Source: Prevotella sp.
GTDB lineage: Bacteria; Bacteroidota; Bacteroidia; Bacteroidales; Bacteroidaceae
NCBI GenBank assembly: GCA_036758085.1
Contig: DAIOXG010000001.1
Coordinates: 8,470 to 70,675, forward strand
Direction: 5' to 3'
Length of the DNA: 62,206 nucleotides
Shown: piece after piece, positions 28,544-37,417 of the stretch
How the letters are laid out: every line of letters starts with the position of its first letter
Numbering within the stretch: position 1 is the first letter of the stretch
The notes under the pieces: generated by a model
The model's database searches: none
What the model was told of the DNA's origin: nothing
The model's input: only the letters and a program-made list of their open reading frames with translations
Position numbers and translations under genes: made by a program

Positions 28544-29044
28544 ATGGGACTGAAACGACAAATGCCAGCTACTTGGCTCGCAAAGCAAAGAGCAAGATGG
28601 AATCGCGGCGGTGAAGGTGCTGCTCCTTCGAAGCAAGAAGCAAAACACGCTGCTGAGAAGAAAGGTTCTGTCACACGTAAGCCTGGTGAGGTAACTATCG
28701 ATAAAGCACGTGCAAGGGCATTGAAGCAAATCATTGCACTCCGGCGGGCAAAAGTCAAGGATTATCTGACATCTGAGACTAACGACAAAGGCGTCGACCT
28801 TAAAGGAGAGGCTAAAGATAGAATCAAGCCAAATCGTTCAAGGGCTACAGGTGCTCGTTCAATTCGTAACCAAGATAATTCAATAACTGCACGTTCATTA
28901 GCAATAGGTGTCGGAGCAAGGCAGAAGTATGCAGCCAATATGGGTACTCCAAAGAAAGGCCAGCAGTTTGTCAAGAATGACACAGGTCGTAATGTACACA
29001 GTTTAGCGTTTAAGTCACTAAAGAGTAAGAAGAAAAAGAAATAA
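28544..29044 (+). CDS. Highly basic (K/R-rich) protein, possible DNA-binding or core protein
   Basis: Composition; position between portal and scaffold. Confidence 0.55.
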   Translation: MGLKRQMPATWLAKQRARWNRGGEGAAPSKQEAKHAAEKKGSVTRKPGEVTIDKARARALKQIIALRRAKVKDYLTSETNDKGVDLKGEAKDRIKPNRSRATGARSIRNQDNSITARSLAIGVGARQKYAANMGTPKKGQQFVKNDTGRNVHSLAFKSLKSKKKKK

Positions 29045-29077
29045 AAACGTTCATGCTTACCGAGTTTTTATTTTCTT

Positions 29078-29110
29078 GGGGCTGTCTGCAAAGGCAGCTC
29101 CTTTCTTTTT
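29078..29110 (+). terminator. Intrinsic terminator
   Basis: GGGGCTGTCT-GCAA-AGGCAGCTCC plus T tract. Confidence 0.75.
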
Positions 29111-29210
29111 CAAGTACGTTTATTACTTGCGCGTAAATATGTTTAGAGTCTGTCCTATTTATCTTTAGTTATCTCAATGTTGGGATTTCGGCGATAAAAA
29201 CAAAGGTAAT

Positions 29211-30233
29211 ATGAACAAAAAATCAACAACTGTCTCAGCTTTCTTGGCTTATGAAAAGGCTAAAGAGCTTTATCTGAAGGCATACGATGGCGAAGGACAG
29301 GGCGACGGCGACGGCCAGAAAACGGGCGACGGTGAGACTGAGTTCTCCGAGGATTCAATTCCTGAAAATCTCAGAGAGTCTTTCACAAAGTTCAAGCAGA
29401 CCTTGATTGACAAGGGAGTCAACATCGGAACTGCTCGCTCAAGAGAGAGCTTCGAGAAGGGAAGAAACAAGCGAATCGAAAAGTTCTTGGAGGAAGAGGG
29501 TTATACTCTCTCCGACTTAAAGGACATGAAAAAGTATCTCAACCAGAAAGATGCCATGAATGAAATCCTGGCCGCTTATGAGGTTGAGGACTTCGGTGAG
29601 GTTGCAAAGCTCGTCAAGCAAGCACTTCAAGACGACGGTAACGGTGGTGGTGAAGGCGAAGGCAACAAGCCTGCACAGGTCAACATCGAGGACAACGAAG
29701 AGTACAAGAAGCTCAAGAAGGCAAATGCCGACTTCCAGGCACAGATTGACTCTCTCCGCAAGTCTCTCGAAGACCAGAAGTCGGAAACTAAGAAGCACGA
29801 AACTGCTCTTACCGACTACATTTCAAAGCACACTATAGACAACGCGATTGTCAACGCTGCTAAGGAAGCTGGTGCTTACGACCCAGAAGACCTCCTTTAT
29901 CGTTTGAGAAAGTCTGTAGAGCTCGTGAAGAGTGAGGACAGAGAAGACTTCATCCCAGTTGTAGTGGACAGTAAGGGCACAAGGCGGTATGATTCGAATG
30001 GAGACCCGGTCACTATCGCAACCCTCGTCAACGAGTTCTTGGAGAAGCGACCTCACCTCAAAAAGTCAGAAGTGAAATCTGGTCCTGGCTCCTCAACCAC
30101 GACAACCCAGCCAAAACCGCAGGGTCAGTCCACAGGCAAGTTCACCAGGGAACAGCTTCGTGACCCGAAGTTCTTCCAGGAGCACTATAAGGAGATTATG
30201 GACGAGGTTCGCAATGGTCGAATCAAACTTTAA
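29211..30233 (+). CDS. Capsid scaffolding protein
   Basis: Acidic coiled coil, C-terminal RPHL...GPGS; upstream of the MCP. Confidence 0.8.
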   Translation: MNKKSTTVSAFLAYEKAKELYLKAYDGEGQGDGDGQKTGDGETEFSEDSIPENLRESFTKFKQTLIDKGVNIGTARSRESFEKGRNKRIEKFLEEEGYTLSDLKDMKKYLNQKDAMNEILAAYEVEDFGEVAKLVKQALQDDGNGGGEGEGNKPAQVNIEDNEEYKKLKKANADFQAQIDSLRKSLEDQKSETKKHETALTDYISKHTIDNAIVNAAKEAGAYDPEDLLYRLRKSVELVKSEDREDFIPVVVDSKGTRRYDSNGDPVTIATLVNEFLEKRPHLKKSEVKSGPGSSTTTTQPKPQGQSTGKFTREQLRDPKFFQEHYKEIMDEVRNGRIKL

Positions 30234-30245
30234 TCGTAAACAGCA

Positions 30246-31310
30246 ATGAAAAAGTATTTCAACTCTCTGGCACTGTATCTCGTAGCATTCGACGGCGCTA
30301 CCAACCCCGACAGTAACTTCGGTTTGACACCAGCAATGGTGGACGAGGCTATCCCTGAGTTTTGGGCAAACGTCGCTCTCGGTGCTCTTCGTGCCAACTG
30401 CGTCATGGCTTCGTTGGTGAACCGTGACTATAGTAACGAGATTGCAACTCATGGCGATGCTGTAAACATCGTTCGTCGTGGCGCTCTCACAGTGAACGAC
30501 AAGACTCCTGGAAAGACCATCACTATCCAGAATCCTAACAACACCAAGCAGGTGGTTATTCTCGACAAGCACAAGGAGATTTCTTGGCTGATTGAGGACG
30601 TGACCTCTGTCAAGGCCATCAGTGATGCCATCAATTACGTTACTGACGCTGCTATCGCTATTGCAGAGCAGATTGACCTCGACATCCTGGTTTGTGCAAT
30701 CCACAAGATTAAGGGTGCTTCCGGCTCCGAGGCTTGGGTAGCTCCTAATGCAGCAGGCGGTGGCAACTGCGGTGTGAAGGGTTCGGTGAAGTCTGCAACC
30801 TTTACCAAGGCCGTTATTCTCCAGGCTCGTGAGATTCTGAACAAGGAGAAGGCTCCTGTCAGCAACCGCATCATGGTTCTCTCTCCTGAGGAAGAGACCG
30901 CTCTCCTCTCTATGGACGAGTTTACCAAGTACGATTGGTCTGGCGAGAATCCTCCGCAGGCTCTCATCAATGCAACAATTGGTAAGCGCTATGGCATCAC
31001 GTTCATTATGGACCAGATGGTAGACTTGGCAAAAGGAAGTGCGAGCGATGCTCTCCGTCACAACATTCTGATGTGTCGTGACACTATCACTCTCGTTACA
31101 CGTCCTCTGCCTGCTCCTCCTGCAGGAACCGGAGCTACTTCGGCAACAATCGAGGAAGGTGGCATCAGTGTCCGCGTGACAAAGTCTTACAGCCAGAAGG
31201 ACGGCGGTATGCTTTATACCCTCGACCTGCTCTATGGACTTGCAACATTGCGTCCTGAGTTCGGTGTAGACGTAGCCATCGGCACAGGTGACATCCCTGT
31301 CATTTCCTAA
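30246..31310 (+). CDS. Major capsid protein (HK97 fold, P22-coat-like)
   Basis: IPEFWA...NRDYSNEI..GD.V...LDLLYG..LRPE; strong codon bias. Confidence 0.92.
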   Translation: MKKYFNSLALYLVAFDGATNPDSNFGLTPAMVDEAIPEFWANVALGALRANCVMASLVNRDYSNEIATHGDAVNIVRRGALTVNDKTPGKTITIQNPNNTKQVVILDKHKEISWLIEDVTSVKAISDAINYVTDAAIAIAEQIDLDILVCAIHKIKGASGSEAWVAPNAAGGGNCGVKGSVKSATFTKAVILQAREILNKEKAPVSNRIMVLSPEEETALLSMDEFTKYDWSGENPPQALINATIGKRYGITFIMDQMVDLAKGSASDALRHNILMCRDTITLVTRPLPAPPAGTGATSATIEEGGISVRVTKSYSQKDGGMLYTLDLLYGLATLRPEFGVDVAIGTGDIPVIS

Positions 31311-31337
31311 GCTACGGCTTATCGGTGATAGTACAAG

Positions 31338-31378
31338 TGGAGGTTCGGAGGCAAACTTCGGACCTCCATTATTTGTTT
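31338..31378 (+). terminator. Intrinsic terminator after the MCP
   Basis: TGGAGGTTCGGAG-GCAAA-CTTCGGACCTCCA. Confidence 0.75.
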
Positions 31379-31381
31379 CCG

Positions 31382-31490
31382 AAAAATTCGATTTGAGCGC
31401 GTTAAATTTTTGAGACGTGTAATTTATTGGATAACTTGTAAAAATCGTTTGTGGCGCACTTCTGTGCGCTTGTGGCTTGCTTGAATTTTG
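31382..31490 (+). repeat. Dispersed tripartite element, copy 4
   Basis: AAAAATTCGATTTGAGCGC...GTAATTTATT...AAAATCGTTTGTGGCGCACTTCTGTG. Confidence 0.85.
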
Positions 31491-31549
31491 ACTTTGCCCG
31501 CGTTATGTTGTTATGTTGCGGCTAATGAGGGATATTTATAGAAAAAACA

Positions 31550-32122
31550 ATGGTTACAATAAGCACAGAGCGGAAAACCGCCAACTCATACTGCACTTTG
31601 GAAGAGGCGAATCACTACTTCGACACACGTCTCAATACAAAGGTATGGACAGAAGCTTCTGATGAAGATAAGTCCAAGGCATTGATTATGGCTACACGTG
31701 ACATCGAGACTCTGAACTTCAAAGGTAGGAAAGAGAATCAAGGGCAGCCAGGTTCGGAAACATACCAGGCATTGCAATGGCCTCGTCTGTCAAGTGAAGT
31801 TGACCAATACATGCTCGGCATTCCTTGGCTTATGCTGCAGAAGCAAACCAGACAGGCAAATTGGTACAACGATAGTTGGAAGCCAATCATCCCGAAGGAG
31901 CTTATTTATGCGACTTGTGAGCAGGCTTTCTATTTGATGCGTTCGATAGAAGGTATCGACAAGCGTGAAGGACTTCGTGCCCAGGGCTTTGACGGAATCG
32001 ATTATGTTGGCGCGACAGAGAAATGGACAACTTCAGCAAGGACAATCATCTGCCCGGCAGCAATGCGTTTCTTAAATGCTATCGACTGCTTGGAGAGTGG
32101 CTATAGACTTGAGCGTGGATAA
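31550..32122 (+). CDS. Head-tail connector (DnaT-like family)
   Basis: ANSYCTLEEANHYF...ALIMATRDIE...QALQWPR. Confidence 0.8.
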   Translation: MVTISTERKTANSYCTLEEANHYFDTRLNTKVWTEASDEDKSKALIMATRDIETLNFKGRKENQGQPGSETYQALQWPRLSSEVDQYMLGIPWLMLQKQTRQANWYNDSWKPIIPKELIYATCEQAFYLMRSIEGIDKREGLRAQGFDGIDYVGATEKWTTSARTIICPAAMRFLNAIDCLESGYRLERG

Positions 32123-32862
32123 TGAAAGGCTTCGAACTACAAAACCCAAACGAGAAGATTCTGATTTCAGCAAAGCTGGATTTAGACAAGCTTGTAGCGG
32201 CTTATGAAGGCTACTGCGCAGACAAGTTTCTAATCCACATGACAAGGACAGATTCGATGTTCTATCAGTTGCTGCAAAGAAAGTCTGTATCTGCAGAGGC
32301 ACAGGCAGTGACCTTAATGACACGGAACTTTCGCCAATTATGCAAAGATGCTGGAGAAGTTTGTCCTCATGAAGTTCTGAATGCCTTCAAAGACGCAGTT
32401 CACACTTATTTCAACCAAGCTTTCTTGCAGCATCGTCAAGTTTTCACTTCGGAAATGATGAAAGCCCGTGACGAATATCAAACTGCAAGTTTGGCAACAA
32501 AGCTGTTTGAAAAGGCTTCAAAAGCGCAGGAAAGAGCCTTGCGCAAGAAAGGCGATGTTGAGAATCCAGTCATATCTGTCGGCAGACGTTCGTATCATTT
32601 GAACAACTACGTCAAGGCCGTTGCAGATTATGAGGCACGGGAAAAGTTTTGGTTCAACGAGCTTTCTTCGGCAAAGAAGAAAGGCGCAATAGGTTTCGAG
32701 ATTATTAACAACAAGCCACAGTGCAAGGATTGTGCGGAGCTGGCAGGCAAGAAGTTCTACTTCGAGCAAAAACTCACAACTAAGCTTCCTCCTCTCCATC
32801 CTGGCTGTCGGTGCATACTTAAAGCAATATATGCAGACGATTTCGACTTCGAAGTTCAATGA
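32122..32862 (+). CDS. Head morphogenesis protein (Mu gpF/SPP1 gp7-like)
   Basis: CKDC...PPLHPGCRC. Confidence 0.75.
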   Translation: MKGFELQNPNEKILISAKLDLDKLVAAYEGYCADKFLIHMTRTDSMFYQLLQRKSVSAEAQAVTLMTRNFRQLCKDAGEVCPHEVLNAFKDAVHTYFNQAFLQHRQVFTSEMMKARDEYQTASLATKLFEKASKAQERALRKKGDVENPVISVGRRSYHLNNYVKAVADYEAREKFWFNELSSAKKKGAIGFEIINNKPQCKDCAELAGKKFYFEQKLTTKLPPLHPGCRCILKAIYADDFDFEVQ

Positions 32863-33406
32863 CATAGGCTCATTTTACAAGCTTGCAGATGACAGAATAG
32901 TTTTCTTGACAAAAGGCGAGGAAACTATGTTTGCTGTTACAAAGCATCTTGAAAGTGCGGAGAAGCTAAACAAAGAAATAACTTCGCTCTTTATGCCTAA
33001 GGAAGAAGATACTACTGTCAGACTTCTTCTCGGTGTTGCACAAATTCACAGTCTCGAAGTTCCTATTGATACAAACGGATATAAGTTCTTCGACAAGTTA
33101 GGAATACACTATACTTTCGCAGAACGTAAAGAAGATTCGTTCCCTGCTACGGAAGTTTGCAGGGCACTAAACATCAGAAGCCCGAAGAAGACACTAAGGA
33201 CAGAAGGCAGGCTAAAGTTATGTGACGTCAAGACGAGAAAACTACGTCCGGATGAACTGCCTGTCAGCAACGAACTATACAAAGGCAAAGCGACAATAAA
33301 TCCAAGATGCTTCGATGATTGGATGACTATCTTGTCGAAAGCAGCACTCTTCAGAACTACCAATCAAGACTATTTATTGTTAAAGACAATATTTGATTTG
33401 AAATGA
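32831..33406 (+). CDS. Hypothetical protein (start uncertain)
   Basis: ORF 32732..33406; ATGA coupling to the next gene. Confidence 0.55.
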   Translation: MQTISTSKFNDIGSFYKLADDRIVFLTKGEETMFAVTKHLESAEKLNKEITSLFMPKEEDTTVRLLLGVAQIHSLEVPIDTNGYKFFDKLGIHYTFAERKEDSFPATEVCRALNIRSPKKTLRTEGRLKLCDVKTRKLRPDELPVSNELYKGKATINPRCFDDWMTILSKAALFRTTNQDYLLLKTIFDLK

Positions 33407-33741
33407 CAGCGAAAGAATACTTGAGAGGAAAGATAGCTGACTTCTTGTTGCCGACTAATGCTATAGCTGTTCAGCTTGCAGAGCAGGCGCTTTCTGCAAC
33501 CACAGAAGTTTCTGCTAACAACTCAGAGACATGGGTGAAGCTACGCAAGGCTTATGCCCAATGTCTTTGTTATGTTCTTCGTTTGCCTGCTTCTGTCACA
33601 CAAGGAACATTCAACAAGTCCGATGTGAATAGAGAGTGGTATGAGAACGAGTTAAAGAATCTTGCAAAAGAGCTCGACGACCCGACGCTACTAGAGTACG
33701 TGAAGAAGCCAGACATCACACAAGCAGGTGAATGGCTGTAA
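33403..33741 (+). CDS. Head-tail adaptor-like protein
   Basis: Position and size; P.SVTQG..S pattern. Confidence 0.55.
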   Translation: MTAKEYLRGKIADFLLPTNAIAVQLAEQALSATTEVSANNSETWVKLRKAYAQCLCYVLRLPASVTQGTFNKSDVNREWYENELKNLAKELDDPTLLEYVKKPDITQAGEWL

Positions 33742-33835
33742 AATTCGATTTTGGCGCACTTTAGGTTGCAAGTAAGGTAATTTATTGGAAATGCAGAAAT
33801 TTGCGCTTGTGGCGCACGAAAACAGGCAAAATTAT
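33740..33835 (+). repeat. Dispersed tripartite element, copy 5
   Basis: AAAATTCGATTTTGGCGCAC...GTAATTTATT...CGCTTGTGGCGCACGAAAACAGGCAAAATT. Confidence 0.85.
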
Positions 33836-34178
33836 GTATAAACCGCATTACATAGAATTTTTGACACCAAGCACACAAGGTGGAGGTTATGACGAGGACG
33901 GAAATCCTATTCCTGCCTCGTATGAAAAGCACCCTAAGTTAGAATGTTTCCTTGACAACTCTAAGCCGGAAGAGACAATCTACACGCTCGACGGCCAGGT
34001 TATCAACCAAGTTGCAGGAATTATCTATCTGAATATCGATGCAATAGACGAATGCGGTGTAGAAATCTCCATGAACACGAAGATAAGAGTTACCGACCAG
34101 AAAAGAGGCACAATCCTTTATGAAGGAAAGCTTAAAGGCTTCAAGCAAGATATGTTCCATGATAGAATCTTTATCTAA
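33834..34178 (+). CDS. Head closure protein
   Basis: GGYDEDGNPI motif; position in the neck module. Confidence 0.6.
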   Translation: MYKPHYIEFLTPSTQGGGYDEDGNPIPASYEKHPKLECFLDNSKPEETIYTLDGQVINQVAGIIYLNIDAIDECGVEISMNTKIRVTDQKRGTILYEGKLKGFKQDMFHDRIFI

Positions 34179-34687
34179 TGGCAGTAAAGATAGTACAAAC
34201 AGTCAGCTTCGATAAACTCTCTAAGTTAGAGGAAACTCTGAAGTCTTCCATAGAAGAGCAGTTCTTGGAAGTCGTTACTGCCATAGTGCATGAATGCAAG
34301 GCAAATCACGATTGGCTTAACAGGACAGGACGTTTGGAATCTTCTATAGTTGGAGTAGTATTTCGCGGAGGTCGATACGCTTCAACAATAGTTTCAGACA
34401 CGAACATACTCGGTCCTGTAGGCAAGAATGGTTTGTCAGTACATAGTCGAAGGACAGAAGGTGAAGGAATGGGTAGAAATGCAACTCAAGAAGTGAAGTA
34501 CACAGGAGGTCAGCAAATTGCAGCCGCAGTACTGGCAGGAGCTCCATACGCAGCTTATATCGAAGGCCATGTAAACAAGAAAGGAGTTATGCTTCACGTT
34601 GTATCTCATAAGGACGAAGAGTTTCAGCAAATGATTAAAAACGCATTGCAAAGAGTAAAATCACAAATGGGCAATATATCATGGTAG
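34178..34687 (+). CDS. Tail completion protein (HK97 gp10-like)
   Basis: NRTGRLESSI...AGAPYAAYIE. Confidence 0.75.
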   Translation: MAVKIVQTVSFDKLSKLEETLKSSIEEQFLEVVTAIVHECKANHDWLNRTGRLESSIVGVVFRGGRYASTIVSDTNILGPVGKNGLSVHSRRTEGEGMGRNATQEVKYTGGQQIAAAVLAGAPYAAYIEGHVNKKGVMLHVVSHKDEEFQQMIKNALQRVKSQMGNISW

Positions 34688-35109
34688 GAACAACAGCAAT
34701 AGTAACTGAAATGTATAGGTGGTTCAACAAGACACTTTTCCAAGGAGAAGGAAAGCTTGCTGGACGCTTATATCATGCAGGCACTCGTCAGACAATAGGA
34801 GACCAGGACGGAGTTCTGCAATCACTATCTTCGTCTCCTGCACAGTTCTCGTCCGCAGACATTGCTTTATATATTTATTGCAATGATATAGAGAATGGTT
34901 CTAATCTTCTTGTAAAGGACACAAAGACTTTGGGTATTGTTGAAGAAAAGATTTGTGGACTGTTTCCTGAGTTTAGCAATACAGTTTGCCTAAAGAATAT
35001 GAAGGTAAGAATGACCTTCTTAAACACTGAGGCAAGAACGAATCTTAAGCAACACTGTGTTTCAGCGGTATTCGCAGTAACGTGGGTCGTAGACCCAAGA
35101 AAAGTGTAG
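34681..35109 (+). CDS. Tail terminator-like protein
   Basis: Position before the tail tube; 142 aa. Confidence 0.55.
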   Translation: MVGTTAIVTEMYRWFNKTLFQGEGKLAGRLYHAGTRQTIGDQDGVLQSLSSSPAQFSSADIALYIYCNDIENGSNLLVKDTKTLGIVEEKICGLFPEFSNTVCLKNMKVRMTFLNTEARTNLKQHCVSAVFAVTWVVDPRKV

Positions 35110-35157
35110 TTATATATAGGTCTCCAACCAAATGTTTAATTATAATGTATCACAGCA

Positions 35158-35601
35158 ATGAAAAAGCTATATATTCCGGCGTTTGATGGTCAAGTCGCTT
35201 CTTGGGGCAAGCTTACTATCTCTGGCGCTTCGGCTTCTCTCGGCCTTATCAAGGAAGGTTCTGTGTCGTTCAACGACAACGGTACTGAGCAGACTCTGTA
35301 TTCTACAGGGCACATTCTTGAGGCTTTGAAGAAGTTTAGCGAAGTAGAGATTTCATTCCAGCTGATTCTCCCTGACGTTACTACCCTGAACAGTTATGTA
35401 GATGCTACAAATGCAGCTTCTGCATTTACTTTTGTTCCAGAAGAGGGAACTATTCAGATGACTGCTAATAATGCCATCCTTTCAGGTACTCCTATGTGGG
35501 CTGAGGACACAGGTTTCTATGTAGACGCTAAGCTACGTTGTACTCCTCCGAGCACTAAAAACGGCAAGACGTTTACTTTCGCAGCGAAGAGTGGCTCTTA
35601 G
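35158..35601 (+). CDS. Major tail tube protein
   Basis: SWGK...LGLIKEGS; position; followed by a terminator. Confidence 0.7.
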   Translation: MKKLYIPAFDGQVASWGKLTISGASASLGLIKEGSVSFNDNGTEQTLYSTGHILEALKKFSEVEISFQLILPDVTTLNSYVDATNAASAFTFVPEEGTIQMTANNAILSGTPMWAEDTGFYVDAKLRCTPPSTKNGKTFTFAAKSGS

Positions 35602-35628
35602 TACAGGCAGACATAAAACTTTACGAAT

Positions 35629-35664
35629 AAATGGGTATATCAAAGTTGATATATCCATTTTTTT
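35629..35664 (+). terminator. Intrinsic terminator
   Basis: AAATGGGTATATCAA-AG-TTGATATATCCATTT plus T tract. Confidence 0.75.
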
Positions 35665-35677
35665 ATTTGTTATAGTC

Positions 35678-36196
35678 ATGACTCAAGAAGAATTAAATGC
35701 AAAAGCTGCAAGGGCATTGACAGGACAAGACGTCTTTATTGAGCTTTCTCTTGCAGAGCCGGAAACTTTCTATGATTGGAAGTTCCCATTCATTCATAAA
35801 CGACATACTGTTAAATACGTGATGAAACCTGCTACTTTAGGCAAGCTTCAACTTATAGCAGCACGCATATTGCCTTTAGGTTTGAACACTGATGATGTAA
35901 TGGCAGACCCAGTACAAGAGTGCCTTAAATGTGTCGAGAAAAATGCGCAGCAAATGGCGGAGGTTATTGCAATTGTCGTTACCAACGAAGTAAGCAAGCT
36001 AAGAGACAGAGAGTATATAGAACAGTTGGGTGCGACGTTCAAGGACAAAATGACACTTACAGATTTGTCTATGGCTTTGGCAATGTGCATCACAACAATC
36101 GACTACGCGGGTTTTTACTCGGTCCTTCGTTTGAAGAAGATACTAGACTTCAAGAATACCAATCGAAGGACCTCGCCAAACGCAGTAGAAAAGTAA
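35678..36196 (+). CDS. Tail assembly chaperone (G)
   Basis: PATLGKLQL...EVIAI; between tail tube and tape measure. Confidence 0.7.
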   Translation: MTQEELNAKAARALTGQDVFIELSLAEPETFYDWKFPFIHKRHTVKYVMKPATLGKLQLIAARILPLGLNTDDVMADPVQECLKCVEKNAQQMAEVIAIVVTNEVSKLRDREYIEQLGATFKDKMTLTDLSMALAMCITTIDYAGFYSVLRLKKILDFKNTNRRTSPNAVEK

Positions 36197-36567
36197 AGGG
36201 ATTCACCATTTGGGGAGAGCTGTCGGGATTGATGCAAGCTTATCACCAACCGATGGACTACTTCGTTTGGGAAATCTCTTACACTAATCTGGTACTACTG
36301 CAGCTCGATAGCATCGACCATATTCATAAGGACAAGGATGGAAAACTTCCTGGCTCAGGAAACATGAGCGATGTTATGAATGCCTTGCAGAAAGAGCAAG
36401 AAAAGTCCGAAAAGGCAAAAGAAGCACAAAGAATTATTGATGAAGCACTCGCACGGAAACGTGCCAAAGAAATAGAAAAGCAGAATGAAAAACTTAGAGC
36501 TGAAAGAGAACAGCCTCATCAAGATAACGGAGAGGAAGTGCTCAACAAAGATACAGCCGACAATTAA
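36190..36567 (+). CDS. Tail assembly chaperone extension (T), probably reached by a -1 frameshift
   Basis: Open -1 frame; TIWG...MDYFVWEISYTNL begins before its first ATG; GAA AAG TAA at the junction. Confidence 0.6.
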   Translation, partial: KVKGFTIWGELSGLMQAYHQPMDYFVWEISYTNLVLLQLDSIDHIHKDKDGKLPGSGNMSDVMNALQKEQEKSEKAKEAQRIIDEALARKRAKEIEKQNEKLRAEREQPHQDNGEEVLNKDTADN

Positions 36568-37351
36568 GGTAGGAATGATGCTGACAGTCCAGAAAGTAGA
36601 GGTAAGGAACAACATTACTTACCTTACTTGCTTGGCTACGGAACACAAGAAGCAAGTCCGTTGTAACAGTTCAAGGTTTTCTTGGAAGGTTACAACGCTT
36701 GCTAATGAAAGTGCAGAACGTGCAGAAGCAAAAATGAAAGCACAAGTCTTGCAAGAAACAGCCGCCATAAGAGAGAAGTTCTCATTTCAAGACCACATGA
36801 TGCTTTCGTTCTATCCGCGTATTATCGAAGAAACAGTTTGGAAGTACACAGACAAAGTAATAGATTACTGTGTGCAGAATCGTATAGGTGTGTTCAAAAA
36901 ACTGACACGTGCAGCCAGAGAGTTTAGGAAAGAATACGACGACGAGGTGGCAAAAGATTTGAAGTTCGAGTTCCGGCAGAAGATACAACATCAAGCCGAC
37001 TTATGGCAGAAAGCTTGCACAACTGATTTTATTCAAATGCAATACACTGTCTCAAATGTCTTGCTACGCGCTTATAAGCAGGTTCCTGATTTCATAGTAA
37101 ACGCATATCTCGCAAGAAAGCTTATTGAACTAAGACGAACTCACGACGCAGAAATGAGTTCGCTCTTAGAAAATAAATTAGGATATCCATCGCCGAGTTT
37201 AGAAATGAAGCCAATCACTAAACTATACAATTTGCTCGAAGGCTGGCTTCCAGAAATGGACGAAATAAAGAAAGTCGATAATGATTTGAACATCACGATA
37301 GGCATGAAAGTTCTGAAAAACAAGCTTTCTCTTATCGAATGGGGAGACTAA
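36485..37351 (+). CDS. Hypothetical protein inserted in the tail module
   Basis: 288-aa ORF. Confidence 0.6.
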   Translation: MKNLELKENSLIKITERKCSTKIQPTIKVGMMLTVQKVEVRNNITYLTCLATEHKKQVRCNSSRFSWKVTTLANESAERAEAKMKAQVLQETAAIREKFSFQDHMMLSFYPRIIEETVWKYTDKVIDYCVQNRIGVFKKLTRAAREFRKEYDDEVAKDLKFEFRQKIQHQADLWQKACTTDFIQMQYTVSNVLLRAYKQVPDFIVNAYLARKLIELRRTHDAEMSSLLENKLGYPSPSLEMKPITKLYNLLEGWLPEMDEIKKVDNDLNITIGMKVLKNKLSLIEWGD

Positions 37352-37417
37352 TCAAAGAGCAGAAAATATAGGGCTAACAAGAGCAGCAAAAGGCTATTTA
37401 GAAATAAAAGCAATAAC

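Noticed and set aside
30093..31061. 322-aa minus-strand ORF, and the other minus-strand ORFs
   Set aside because: These are antisense shadows of codon-biased + strand genes (here the MCP) with no recognisable motifs.
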